64,000 bases of DNA from contig NC_045696.1 in NCBI RefSeq assembly GCF_009834535.1, positions 90,460,001-90,524,000 of the forward strand, read 5' to 3'. The translations under genes and the position numbers were made by a program. Of the stretch, positions 23,900-37,100 are shown one piece after another. The notes below the pieces were generated by a model that saw only the letters and a list, made by a program, of their open reading frames with translations, did no database searches and was not told where the DNA came from. The stretch is from Camelus ferus. Taxonomy: Eukaryota. Each line of letters opens with the position of its first letter. Within the stretch, counting starts at the first letter, position 1.

Positions 23900-24720
23900 T
23901 TTGAAATTGAAACAAGCGTGGGTCCTGTGAGCATAATCCTCACCAGACGGTCCACCGAGAGGGCAGTTTCGTCACAAGCAACGCCTTTGCAGCTGTGAAG
24001 ACTGGACTCCCGAACGCAGGAAGCGTGGGGGTGGGGGGTGCGCAGTACCTGAAGTCGCGCCAGGTTGAGAGCAGCCCACACCCGGGTTTGTTGGGGAGGG
24101 GGGCCTGCTCGACTGCCCCCCACCCCCACCTCACGCCCCCGAATCCTTCTCTCCTCTCCTCGCCCTGACATCCCACTAAACCCTCTTCTCCCTTCCCTCT
24201 CATGTCCCCATGTCTTCCTCTCCCTCAAGCTGCCTCCGGTAGTCACCCGAATTCCGTCTCGCCGTCTGTCGAGTTTTAACTCGCTCTTTTCCCTTAACAG
24301 CTCCGCTCAAGATCCCTGAATTCCCTCGCGGCCGCGGGGTCCCGGGCCCCGACACTCACGAGAAGAAGGGATCATCCTCAAAGCTGCTGCTCAGCATCCC
24401 GAACATCCTGGCTCCGTGTCGGGCGGCTGCGGACGCGGACAGATTGGAAAACGATGTCACTTGCCGCGGCCGCGACCCCAGCCAGCCTCCGCAGCACTGT
24501 CAACGCTTCCCTCCCGGCCGCGACGGCCGAGCCGGCTGGGAAAGGCGGTGCCTGGCGGAGAGCGGCTTTCCCATTGGGCGCTGGTCCCGTAACGTCACCA
24601 AGATGAGGCGGGGAACAATGTGCCGCTGCCGTGGCAACCGCGATCAACACAGTGGAGGCTTAAGGTTTGGCCTCGCTCCAGCCAGGCAAACCACCGTGAA
24701 GTCTCCTGCAGGACGAGATA
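23900..24720 (-). promoter_or_regulatory. MLF1: MLF1 CpG-island promoter with RFX X-box, CRE-like, CCAAT and GC-box motifs
   Basis: The only CpG-dense, GC-rich segment of the window. X-box-like GCTGCCGTGGCAAC at 24625-24638, GC box GAGGCGGGGA at 24605-24614, CRE-like TGACGTTA (minus) at 24590-24597, CCAAT (minus) at 24573-24577, all upstream of the MLF1 ATG. Confidence 0.85.
24360..24406 (-). CDS. MLF1: MLF1 (myeloid leukemia factor 1) coding exon 1
   Basis: Minus strand ATG TTC GGG ATG CTG AGC AGC AGC TTT GAG GAT GAT CCC TTC TTC TC|gtgagt encodes MFGMLSSSFEDDPFFS, matching the MLF1 N-terminus (MFRMLNSSFEDDPFFS in human). 47 coding nt, canonical donor, inside a CpG island. Confidence 0.97.
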
Positions 24721-25090
24721 GCCTGTTCTCTGGGCTGCAGGAACACAAAAATTAGTCTACCCTCTATGTGACCTTGGGCAAATCGCCCTGGGCTTCGAAT
24801 CCCAAGTCTCTTCGGGAAGATGGAGATGGATCAAGATTTGGGCTAAATGACATCCAAAGACCCATTCCACCGGCCACATTTTGTGATCCACACCAAAGTT
24901 CTATATCCGAAACACTCTGTGGTGGCTGGTCAGAAGCTGTGAACAAATTATGTGAACAAATAACAAAAAAAAATGTGCAAAAATTTTCTGAGTGAAGTTA
25001 GTAAATGGTGTACTCAGTACTTGAGAGAAATGGGATGAGGCCTATCAGATTTCAACAAAACTTAGGACTTTTGTGAGCCTAAACTGAATG

Positions 25091-25546
25091 CAGTGTTTCC
25101 CAAAGTGGGAAATGCTAAAGTTTTAGGTAGGCATGGTAATTTGAAAATCAGATGAGAATGTTGCTCTTTTCTGTCTTCATCCCAGTCCCTATTTAAGGAG
25201 CAAGCCTCACTATGATGCTGGTATGTCTTTAACACTTCTCCAGCATTACTTAAAGAGTAGGACTCAAGTACAAGGCCTGCAACAAGCAACCATAGCCAAC
25301 TAAAATTCCACTACTATATATTTTTGTATTAATTGCATTTATATGTGAGCCTTCTATTTATGGCAAGTGAAACTGGTTTTACATTTAAAGTGGTGCTATA
25401 TATCAATAGCTAGTCTTTAAAAATTTAAGTGAAAAAATGAGTTAATCTAAGGAAACTAGTATAGTTGGGATTTGGACATGTTGGGGGCAGGTGAGAGGAT
25501 ATCGTGACAGTAGTTCTCACATTACTGAGCTTTGGAAAAACACTGT
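25091..25546. mobile_element. Ancient hAT-Charlie-type element with terminal inverted repeats
   Basis: cagtgtttcccaaag and ctttggaaaaacactg form imperfect TIRs about 450 bp apart. Confidence 0.55.
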
Positions 25547-26569
25547 TCCAAGGCTTTCCAGGAGACTAGAGACAAGTGGAGGAGAGAAAGAAAAAAAAAA
25601 AAAAAAAAGAAGGAACATAAAATAAAGAGACGAATGATGAGTCTAAGAAGAGAGAAAATGCACCTTGCATGTCCATCCTTAATTCAGTGGGATCCCCAGC
25701 CTCTCTAGAGGGCTGTCCTGTGGGGATAGAGGGTCATCTATGGCTGCACAGGGCCTCCTGGGATTGGGCCAGGGAGGTGGCACCCAGCCAGCACGAAGAA
25801 GCCTGCAGGGCCTGATACGGAGGCGGCAGGAGTACTCAGGGGTTATTTTGGGAGCCGGAAATTTAATCCTTTGGACCTTTTACCTCCCCACCTTTAGCCA
25901 AGTTCTCTGGCAGCCCCCCTTTCTTGAGATTGGTGGCATGAGGTAGGGCCGACTTCACAGCCCAAGTTAAGGTAGCGTAGCCCTTCCAGGGAAGAGGATA
26001 TTTTCCTCTATGGCCTCAGAATGAAATTCAGAGAGCATATACATATTAGGGTTCTTCTTAGTTAGTTTCAATAAAAATGTTTTAGAAGAACTGAAATTAT
26101 TTTCTCTTTAAAATAATACAGCCCAAGATGTTAAGTAGGCCACCCTTTAAAAAAATTAAATGGAATGGGGAAGTTATTGGTAAAAAAAAATGACAGTATT
26201 AAAATAGTCCTGGATTAAGGTCAATAAAGCAATTTGTGAAAAGTTTTTTCCTCTTGTTCCCATGGGGATTTTAGAATCACATTGTTAAAACATGAAAGCT
26301 TTAGTCTAGGCACAGGTTAGTCAGGGAATTTCCTAAAGCTTTTAAAAGCAGTTTGGGCCTAATGGCAAATGCTTAAGGGAAAAAAAAAAAGTTAGCAGAG
26401 GATAAAGGAGAGTTGAAACTAAAGAGACCTCCTAAGTTCAGATTGGGTGGGTAAGAGGTAGGAGATGAAAGAAGAGGTGGGTCTGGAGAGGATGAATACC
26501 AGAGCAGGGGAGAAGAGAGATGCAGATCAGGCCCAAGGAGAGAGAGTCCTGGGCTTGGCTGTTAAAAGA

Positions 26570-27590
26570 ATCACAATAGCTCATATTTATTGAGTGTGTG
26601 CCAGGCACTGTTGTAGGTACTTCATGTGCATTAAATAATTGAATCTTCATTGGATTTTTATAGAGTAGCAATGTTTTTTATCTCTATGTCTGTAGGTAAT
26701 GCAACCAAGACACAGAGAGGCTAAGAAAATTGCCAAGGTTCACACACCCAGTAATTGAACTGGGCGGGGTACCTGGAGTTTTCCCTGGGGAGGGCTAGCT
26801 GCATGGAATGTGGATGATGGGCCACACTTAAAGATGCAAGATGAAGGCAGGTTAATATTTTTCAAAATCATGCTGACAAACTAAATAATGGACCCAAACT
26901 AAAAAATATAAAATTCATTGGGAATATATTCAAATCAATTCAATTCAATTCAATTTTACAGATAGTTATTGAGTGCCTACACTCTGTCAGGCACTGATCT
27001 AAACATTGAGGTGTTGGTGAACCAAAGTGATGAAAATCCCAGTCCTCCTGGGGTTTATATTCTTGTGAGAACATAACGAAAATAAATGATGAGAAAGTAG
27101 TATGTTAAAAGGTGATAGGTGTCAGGAGAAAAAAATGGTAAGGGGAATGGAGGTGTGCAATTATACATAGGGAGGTCTCTGTAGACCTCATTGAGAAGGT
27201 AAATTTGAGCAGACTCACTGGAAGGAAGTGGACATCTATTAGAAGAGCATTCCAGGCCACTACAACGGTCCTGAGGCAGCATGTGCCTGGTGTGTATGAT
27301 GTACTATTCATAAGTCCTGGAACTTACCTTCAGAGGAATGAGATGAGCCAAGTAAAGTGAAAATTACCTATTAGGATAATAATTCCTGTCTATACTTTTC
27401 TGTCCCAGGCATTGCATTAAGTGCTTTACATACATTTTCTCATTTAATCCTTACAACAACCCTATAGGCTAAGATGCTTATCTCGATATTACATGCGGAA
27501 AAACTGAGACCCAGGGAAATTTGATAATTGTCTAGTCAACTCAAATCCAAATTAGTCCTACTCCAAAGCTTACATTCTGGCCACTACCCT
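26570..27590. mobile_element. Cluster of MIR and L2 relics
   Basis: MIR cores (tgtgccaggcactgttgtagg...cacagagaggctaag; aagtgctttacatac...aaactgagacccagg) flank an L2 3' piece (ttattgagtgcctac...ggtctctgtagacctcattgagaagg). Confidence 0.7.
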
Positions 27591-28099
27591 ACTTAAACTC
27601 CCTGTAAAAAATTAATCACTTACTGAGTACCTCTATATACGAAGCACTTTTACGTACATATCTCTAACCACACTACAACTTAGGTTTCACTGGGAAGGTC
27701 ACTGACTGAGTTGAGAGAATACAGAGAAAAACATGAGACCCAAGCTAATCCTACAACCCTATAACCCTATTAAAAACACCAAGACTTTGAAATATCAGTG
27801 TCTTCTTTTCTTTCATCCATTAATTCATCAACTATTTATTAAAAACCAACTGTATCCCAGGCACTATTCTAGGCATCAAAGCTACAAAATTCCCTGGTCT
27901 CTTAGAGTTTACACTCTAGCAGATAGTGCTTTTACCAGCTAATTCTGCAATTATTATTGTTTTAGCACTTCAGAATTTTCAAAATGCTTCTGAAGACATT
28001 ATCTCAAGTTCCCAAGAAGAAATATACAGGCTCGTGAGTGCTGGACTTTCAGATTTACCATGGGTGTTAGGCCATTACACACATCTTCACTGCAGTTAA

Positions 28100-28660
28100 T
28101 TTCAATGTGTCTAGGGTTTCATTGTCCTAATCCCTTTGTTTAAATTGTGCACAGAGATGCTGCAGGAGTAGAAGTCACAGCAAACTCACAGGGGGCACAT
28201 GGAACATTTAAAAATTTTGAGGGAAACAGAAACTTAACATCTATGAGACATTGTGAAACTACTAGCTTGAGATGGGTCACATATTTCAATATTGCACTAC
28301 ATTCCTTTAGGTGGTATCATAGCTTCGGAAAGGTAGGTTTTTAGAAGTTACCATGATGACAAGGAAGTACCTTGTGAAAATCATCGTGGAACAGGAAAGG
28401 ATGGTGGCAGAGAGTTCAATCTGTTCCCAAAGTTTGAGAAGTTGAGCCATGCTAGACCAGACACACCTGTCAGTGTGATTATTTAAGAATGATCTAAAAT
28501 TCTTTTCTTTTGATGTATGTAATTTTTTTTAAAAAGGCTACTGAGTTTTTAGGGCACGCATACTTAAGTTTTTGGACTCACTATGTAATAAACAGAACTA
28601 ACTATTCAGTATTTCTTCAGACCCGGGGGCACAGTGAAAATATTACTGAGGCACTAAATG
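28100..28660. mobile_element. hAT-Charlie DNA transposon relic
   Basis: gtggaacaggaaaggatggtggc...ttcccaaagtttgagaagttg...gggggcacagtgaaaatattactgaggcactaa resembles Charlie-family consensus ends (recalled). Confidence 0.55.
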
Positions 28661-29607
28661 CTCATGAACTGACATCATTTGGGGATGTCTCTCCTAACCC
28701 CATACCTCTTTTTTCAAATTTTTAAAAATGTAAAGTTGTATCACAAATCCAATTTTTATAAAAGGTTTGATTCATTCTTTTTAGTGTTATTCTCTTGTCA
28801 ACTAGCTGTCTTACCAACCCCCTTACAGGCTTGCATTATAGCTTTACGAAAAATGGGGCAATCGTGCATACTGATAAGTGACTTACATAATAAAAGCATA
28901 AGTCCAAGGTTCTCATACTCCCTGTCACGGTCGCCTCTGGTCTGGACGACATCATTGTTCAAATTAGGAACAGGTACCTCTCTCACAAGATACTTCTATT
29001 AATGGGACAATTGTTTAATCAATTTACAAATCTACAATGTATATAATATGACTAGTGCCCCCTTAGGTGTCGCACACTTGGTCATGGCAGCCCCATTCCC
29101 AAGCCTGAATTCTTTTCACTAGTCAGAAGTTAATGCGTACCCAGCTCATCCACAAACTCATGAGCAAGGAATGTAACTTGATTTCCCTGTAGTTGAACTT
29201 AATTTATATTTTGTTCTCCCATTCCATTGGGAGTGACCCTTCCTTCTCTCCCAGGGAGACAATGGCAAGGTGCAGTTGGTTGCCGACCATGCTGCAACTC
29301 TGAAGGCATCTTTATTCCCCTCCCTGGGTGCAGCCAGGACACTAAGCATCTCACAAGGTGTGACACAGCCTCCCACAATGAAGAATGGTCTCATCCATCC
29401 TAAATGACAGTTAGCATTCTTCTCCTTTTGAGAAACATACTCTGTAAAGCAAGTTTTCCTTCAGCGAAGTAAAACTTCAAAGCCAATTTGAGTTCACAGA
29501 GGAAAAATTTCGTTATTAAATTCTTTCTTCCTACTACATCCATAGGCAGGGTTTGTTTTTTTTTTTAACTATCTTTTTTGTTTGTTTGTTTTTAAACAGA
29601 ATCTCTC

Positions 29608-29748
29608 TTTTTAAAAAAATTTTTAGGAGGTGGTGGGGCACAGGTGATTAGATTTATTTATTTTTTGAGGAAGTAACTAGGGATTGAACCCAGGACCTTG
29701 TGCATGCTAGGCATGGGCTCTACCACTTGAGCTATACCCTGCCCCCCC
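29608..29748 (-). mobile_element. tRNA-derived SINE (Vic-1-like)
   Basis: Reverse complement reads gggggggcagggtatagctcaagtggtagagcccatgcctagcatgcacaaggtcctgggttcaatccc. Confidence 0.9.
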
Positions 29749-30074
29749 ACAGGCTGTTCTCATAATGAAAGAGAACTTGATGGTGTGAGATGACATACGT
29801 GTGAAGCTGCCAGGACTGTCCAAACTTTGACATAGGTTGTTTTGGTTTATGTACATGAAAAGGTTTCTGAATTTTCCTGAAAACAAAAACAAAAATGTCA
29901 TTCAGTGAATAAAACAAGGACTATTACTCCAAAAACAAAGAACCTGAATGACAATGTAAAATACAAATGTTATTCATTTTTTAATAAAACTCAGACTTTC
30001 CATAGAGCCCATAATGGAGCCATGTTATGTAGATAATGAAAATCCACATTCAAAGACTGACTTAGTTTTTAAAT

Positions 30075-30485
30075 TTACTTTTTAATTGAGGGACAAAATT
30101 TGAATATAGTAAAATCCACCAGTCTTAAATGTACAGCTTGATAAAATTTTACATAATGAGTAAACCTATGTAAAGACCACTCAGCTGAGGGTATAAAACA
30201 TTTCAAATACCCCAGAAAATTCTCTCATGTTCCCTCTTAAACCATCTCTCTCAAAGGTAACTAGTATCCTGAGATTTGCTTCTTTTGCTTAACATTATGT
30301 CTGTAAATTTTACTCATATGATTGTGTGTAGCAGTAGTTTATTTTTTTCATTGCTGTGTAGTAGTTTATTGTATGAATTTACCACAAGTAATTTACCCAA
30401 CTACTGTTGATAGAGTTATATTGTTCCTTTATTTTTCTTTTTGGCTTTTAAGACTAAAGCTGCTATGACTATTCTTGTACACAAC
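30075..30485 (-). mobile_element. Old L1ME-type 3' fragment
   Basis: tttaattgaggg...aaatgtacagcttgat...ttttgcttaacattatgtctgt...aaagctgctatgactattcttgtac. Confidence 0.7.
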
Positions 30486-33400
30486 TTGACTAATTTTTAA
30501 AATCAATTTAACATTCAGCTGTGTTTTAATCTTTACTGTCACTGAAATTCAGAAAACTTCTTTCTACAGACAATAATTTCATAAGGAGGACTTTTCTATT
30601 GAGTCAACTCTTTGATGTTTACAGTTGTCTGTATTTCTTTTGTGTCTAGTATAGAAGAGACACTTTGTTGTTTTTTAAGAAAAAAAAAAAAAGAAAACTT
30701 AGAATCACAGAGCCTAAAACAAGCTGAATAATAGATGGCATTCTATAAGAAATACCGTTGTGGTCATCTGTTCTCAGGAACTGTTTAATGTGACTGTCTA
30801 AAGCATAATTTTTAAAGTTATTTTTAAACCTTTGATAAGATTTGGAGAGAATTCAAGCTGTGGGTAGATGTCCCACTGAGAAGGCAATCATATGAGAAGG
30901 CTGTCCAGGGCTTGAGGGAATTATTTAGGAAAACTTTAAGAACTTGAATGCCTTCAACCTTGTCATATGCTTAGATGCTTTTACTGTTTGAAGTGGTAGG
31001 GGAAAAAAAATTTGCTTCCCTCTTAGAAAAGTTGCTTTTAATTTCAAGGCATGCAAGTTTTACTGATACCTGCGGTATATATTTTGGGATAACAAGATAA
31101 AGGGGTGACAGGTAGCAATAGTACGTGACTCCAAGATATACCTGGTTTATTCCTAATTCATATTATCTCTCAGACCTAGAAGCCCCCTTGGGATGCAGCA
31201 TCCAGCAGGGCTAAAATGACTGAGTGGCACTTATAGCCTGTTGTGAGAAACTGAGGTGGGCCAGCCCTGGGATTGCTAGGGGGCAGGAGAATGCTGTGGT
31301 GTTCTTAATGATAAAAGCTAAAATCAACCATATGCTAGGCACATTAATTCACAACAGATCCATTACTATTTTATAGAAGTGAATAAACACAGGCTTTAGA
31401 GAGTTAAGTAGTTTGTGTAAGGACATACTGCTAGGAAGTAGTAAGGTTGGGACTGGAAGCCAGGTTGTTTGACAGTGAAATTTCAGCTCTTGATTGATGC
31501 ACTGGGTGTAAGTCCTGCCTCCCAGCTGTCTAGCGCATAGGAGACTAGCTGTCTCCCTTACCTCCAACTGAGGGTCGGGCTTTACCTGGAGCTGGAGTCA
31601 AAACACAAACACCAATAGAAGCCAGGTAAGTAATAAAAGTGATAGGAATGGGATAGGTAAGATGATAATGAGAATAAGAATTAATAATAAAATAACAACA
31701 AACACTTAGTGAGTTTCCATGTGTGCCAGGTACCACGCTAAGTGCTTTGCATGTTGTAACTCTTAATCCCTCAGACAGTCTCACGAGATAGACACTATTA
31801 TTATGCCCATTTTACATGAAAGGAAGTTGAGGGTCAGAGGAAGAAAAACCACTTGCTCAAGGTCACACATCCGGGAGTGGAACCCTGAGATTCTGCCTGG
31901 GAGACTGCGCTCATCTCTGTGCTATAGGCCACGGGCTCCTGGAGGGGCGTGCACAGTACGGCACACACTGGAGGGGGCTTGCCTCCAGCAAACAGGGGAA
32001 CTTCTATTCAGCTGTAGATGATCACCCTGCAGAAATTCATGCCCGCTAGTAATACGGAATTTCACGTGAAATCTCCCAATTTTTTAAAGTTAGAAATTAT
32101 AAAAACAAAATACCCGAGCAGAGCAACCAAAACAAGCCTGTGGGCTGAGTCTGTGATCTAGTTACTGTGAGTGTGAGTCTTCCTGCCAAGTGAGGATACT
32201 TCAGCCCAGTGAACTGGCTTCTGAATGTAGCTCGAAACCGCACTGATGGAGAAGCTGGTGTCGTGAGAGCTAAGTGCCTTGACTCCCAGCCAAAGGCTTT
32301 GTGAGTGGATACCAGTCACCACCACATCACTGGCTGTTCATATCTTAAAATATTGGGACCACGAGGGAGGAGTTTCATTTCTGCAGGGTATTTAGATTAC
32401 AAGCCAGTACTTTCATCTGGTTTGCAAAAGTTTGGCACAAGTTTATCCGTTTGGGGTATTATATTACCTTTCCAATTCTCTTGTCTTAAAGTAGGTCTGA
32501 AATCATCTTGCCTGTGCTCTAAAATGCTTGTGTTCCAATTTTCCTAGATGAAGTGTTGGTGGCTGTAAGTCCAGCTCTAGGTAAGCCCCTTCCTCAATGG
32601 GAGGGAAAGGAGACGGCAGTCTCTCAGGTGCTATAGAATGGGACAGTGGTCTTACTGAAGACTGTCCTCCTGGTACAGCTTTAGAAAAATTGCACTCTCA
32701 TAATATATGCAATAAAATATCAAAAGCCAATTTATCCATATAAAAATAATCTGTTAAACTAAATGTGATTGGATGCTCCCAAGATTTTTTTCCCCTCTTA
32801 ATATGTGTCACTTGTTTACTTGCTACTTGTTTTGTCTCCGGCCACCATGTATAGGAGAGCCATCAGTTTTAAACAGAAAGCTTACCAGACAGCACTTTCG
32901 GAATTTCTTTTCTTCCTTTTTTCCCCCTTCAAATCCTTATATTCAAACTGGACATATACTCTAGGTTCTTAGGAAGAAAAATGTTTTAAGGGTTGTATTA
33001 GTTTCTTAGAGCTGTCATAACAGAGTGCCACATTTTAACTGATCACTTCTGCAAGGACCCTATTTCCAAATAAGGTCACATTCACAGGTTCCAGCTGGAC
33101 AAGAATTTGGCGGTATTGGGGAACACTATTCACCCCAGTGCATGCATCTACTAGTAACTGGTACAAAAATAATCAGAGTAGGTAGAGAACAAAATTCTTA
33201 GAATCAATCACTGTACAAGACTTGGAATATAAGCCAACAATCAGCTGGCAAGCTTGAGAGTGGATAAGTTGACAGAACTTTACAACATGCGTTTGGGGTA
33301 CTAACCTCATTCCTTCTAACTTCTTGCCTTCTCTACTCTCATTCTTTCCTTGGCTCTATTTTCTTCATTGACTTGTTATAATTTCTCTTTTCTCTGATCA

Positions 33401-34009
33401 TAGCCTATGAATTATTATAAAATACCCGATGCTTCTCTGGAACAAAGAATGGTAGGAATAAATACATAAAATAATAAAATAACCCCCATTAATTTGATAA
33501 TAGTGTTGAGATACTGGCCTCCAGTTGAGAACAAACTCATTATGAGAAGTTTTCTAACATAATATGCCAGTATAGATCTCAGAGTGATGTCTCTAATTGC
33601 CTAGACCTTTTTACATTAGGTATCTGCATGAGTTATAACTCTTTTGTGAAGATAAAAAGGCTGCTTCAAGAAAGAGCCCCAGTGCTGTAAGGGCTGTCAG
33701 ACTGGAGGGCGTCTCAAATGAGATTAATGATGTCTGCCTGAATATAAGAAGATTTAGCATAACCAAGATTATGGATTCTGCAGAAACCTGCCAGCGCTCA
33801 TTTCTTTGGAATAAATATTATTTTTAATTAAAGTCCTAAGGTAGGTTGTTCCTGAACTAATGAGATCTATAGTGATTACCTTTGGGAATTAATTTTGTTT
33901 CTTAATTCTCAGTCATTTTGATGATTATGGCTCATTCAGTCTTATTCAAGGCAGTCAGCTTTGTTAGGACATGCTGATTTCTAGCTAAAGGTGCTAAATA
34001 ACCCAGTAT

Positions 34010-34036
34010 TTGTTTTTACATGGCACTCTCACTTTT

Positions 34037-34090
<54 letters not shown>

Positions 34091-34205
34091 ACATTCCTTT
34101 TCATTATAGGTTACTATATTGCCATTGACTATAGTTCCCTGTGCTATACAGGACCTTGTTGTTTGTCTGTTCTGTACATAGTAGTTTGTATTTGCTAATC
34201 CCAAA
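34010..34205 (-). mobile_element. L1 3' UTR fragment containing a (TA)n microsatellite
   Basis: tatagttccctgtgctatacagga...tagtttgtatttgctaatccc is a cetartiodactyl-type L1 3' end. Confidence 0.8.
34042..34087. repeat. (TA)n microsatellite
   Basis: About 23 uninterrupted TA units. Confidence 0.95.
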
Positions 34206-34689
34206 TCTCAATCATTTTCTAATTATATTTATCATTTAATGCAAATACTGTAATAGATTTGTCTATCCAACTTAGCTGTATATGGTGAGTTGGCTTTATA
34301 AAATAAGATCACTCACAAGAGAATAAAGCTTCAATCTAAGTGAAATGACAGGGAATATAAAATCAGAAAATTATAGCACTGTTATTTTTAACTATTTGCT
34401 GAATTGATTCCGGTTCTTTGCTAGGCATTGTGCTGAGTGCGGTATACACATCAACTCTAATTCACATAGAAACTCTGCAAGGTAGAAGTTACTTCTCCTG
34501 TTTACTAGATTATGGATCAGAGGCTCAGGAGGCAGGGTGGAGGTTTAACTCTCAAGCTCATCCTCATGGCACCATGCCAGGCAGCCTCTCTGCTAACAGG
34601 GGCAATCGCCCAGCTTTCAGCAGACCTCCACATAAACATCAGTGTTCATAAGTATTGGCTCAATCAGACCTTCAGTGACTTGGTAGGAT

Positions 34690-35200
34690 TGGTGTCTGGC
34701 CACTTGTGCTGTGTAACAAGCCACCACAAAACTTTGTGGTATGAAAGAGCCATTTTATTATGCTATAGATTCTGTGGGTAAGGAATTTAGACTGGGAAAT
34801 GAAGATGGATTATCCATAGGGCTTCAGCTAGGGGGACTTATGGCTGGAGGAGTATGCACTCACATGCAGGTTTTTGGCCAGAACCTCAGTTGGAACTGTC
34901 AGCCAGGACACCAACATCTGGACTCTCCAAATAGCCTAGGTTTTCCCACAACATGGCAGCCCTTGAGCAACTGGTCATCTTGTAGGGCAGCTCAGGGCTC
35001 CCGGGTGAAGATCCCAAGAGAATTAGGCATAAGCCTTTCCTGAACTAGTCTTGGAAGTTACACTGTGTCATTTCTGATGCATTCTGTTGGTTAAAAGCAA
35101 GTCACTACGATCGACCCAGATTCAAGAAAGGGGATATAGACCCCCACCGCTCAGTGGGAGAAGTGTCAGAGAATCTGCAGACATGTTTTAAAGCCATCAC
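34690..35200. mobile_element. MaLR LTR (MLT1F/G/H-like)
   Basis: gctgtgtaacaagccaccacaaaact...gattctgtgggtaaggaattt...ttcccacaacatggcagc...cattctgttggttaaaagcaagtcac...cccagattcaag. Confidence 0.75.
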
Positions 35201-36669
35201 AGTAGGTAACAATTACTCTACTACATATTGTTACTTGTGGCTCACATGCTGGAGTTAAGGTTCTCATCTATCTCCCCACCCCTTCCTGCTGGCTCACTTG
35301 GTTCCCAGAAGCAAGGGCACACTCCAGGCATGTGCACCTCTATGACTAGCTGGGACTTCTGACCCTAATTTCTAGCTGATCTATGACCTTGATCGATTGG
35401 CTGGGGAAGAGATGACACATTGGCAGCCTCCTTTTCAAACTTTTTCCCTAAGACAGAGAGAGCCAGACTGTGCATCTCATTTACCTTAGATAGTTTTGCT
35501 TGGCTAAAATTTTTAGGAGCAAGAGTAGGCTGAAAAAATTCAAATTTATTGCTTCACTCATATGACATCACACACCTGGTTAATTCAATTTTTAGAAAAC
35601 TAAAATATTTGTGGACAGAAAGACCCTGCTGGTGGAGACAGAAATCATCGGGCAAAGGTTGGTTGGTAAATGTAGAGCATGTTCCATGTGCTAAAATATC
35701 AGATGAATGAAAAGTTCTTTTCCTTTAAAGAAGAAAAAGTTAAGTAGACATGGAAACTACTTAAATGGAAAACGAGGTGATTAGGCACAAGAATTACCTT
35801 GACGATTTGGTGACCCCTTTCCCCTGAGCCCTCACCCCAAGACATACCATTTCAACACAGTCAAGCTGGAACATTCATGCCAGACCTCTCTAAGTGGGAT
35901 ACATTCAGGCTCAGAGAACCACTCTTAACTGACTAGCACTGGCCTGGATTAGAAAGCTGCGGAGCAACGGTGATTAGGAATTCTCAGGGTCAACATGCCA
36001 CTTGCTCACTCCATGTCTGAAATGTTTGCACATAAAGCTATTGATGTTACTGCTTAATATAACTTCATGAGAAGGGTTGCTTGTGGAGTTTTTTGGAGAG
36101 TTAGGAAAGGGAGTATGTCACCCAGCAGTATTCGATGGAATTGTTTTTCTCATGAACAAAAATTTGAATGGGTAGATGTATTATGTAGCTAGGTTTCTTT
36201 AGGATTTTCGATATTTCTAGAGGATATTTTCTGCTATGACAAGCTGATATATTCCATTTCCTAATCTCTCTTGCAATAGGGGAGTAGTCAGTTGACTAAG
36301 TTCTAGTCAAGAGGTATAAACTTCCAAGTCTCCTTTAATTTCAACTTCTGAGTCCTTTTAAGAGGGAAGCAGTAGGTACAGCCCTCATGTTGCCTGGATG
36401 GAGGGCAGTGGGATGTGAGGGTGATGGTCAGAGTGGTACTGAACCACATGATGGGAAGCCACCTACTGAGGCTGGTGAAACAAGAGCCAGGGTCCTGACA
36501 TATGAAGCCACCCTACCTGCCTTTAAATGTTTTTCACTTGAGAGAGAAATAAATGCTTTTCTTATTTAGGCCACTGTTTGTTGTTACAGTTGTTACTGTT
36601 TATGAAGCTAAAACTAATTGGTATATTTAATTAATTCTAATTGATACACTGTCCTTGAAGATAATTTTA

Positions 36670-37100
36670 TCAGCTTTGGTCCCAGCAGGAAACAAATGAC
36701 ATATTCAAAGGACTTTAATGAAGGCCTTATATACAGAGATGTGAGCAGGGTGAAGGGAGCCAATCAGAGACTAACACACAAGAAACTGTCCCAGCCCCCA
36801 GGTCTGAAGGAGAAGTGGGAGGGAGCTGTTACCATAACATGGTGAGAGCTGTGTCCTTGAGAGAGGGGCTAGCCTACAGGAGTTGTGGCCTTAGGAAAGC
36901 AACCAGACTGAAACATGGCCCTGCAGGGGTATCGAAACCCAGTTCTCTCTCCTCCTTCCTGTGATTTCCTGCCAGTGCCTCCTATTGACTGAACGAACCC
37001 AGAAGCCAGAGGGCAGGGAAATGGGTGATACAGTCTATGAAGGTCAGCCTCCTGGGACACTGCAGAAAAGAAAAGAATGAAGAATGACTCTGAACGGATG
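36670..37100. mobile_element. LTR33-like ERVL LTR relic
   Basis: tcccagcaggaaacaaatgac...gcctcctattgactgaacgaacccagaagccagagggcaggg...tgatacagtctatgaaggtcagcctcc. Confidence 0.65.

Noticed and set aside
23890..24995. Several 60-118 aa ORFs around the CpG island
   Set aside because: GC-rich sequence is stop-poor. Only the 47-nt MLF1 exon 1 CDS has splice and homology support.
34010..34204. ORFs with (IY)n runs
   Set aside because: Translation of a TA microsatellite.
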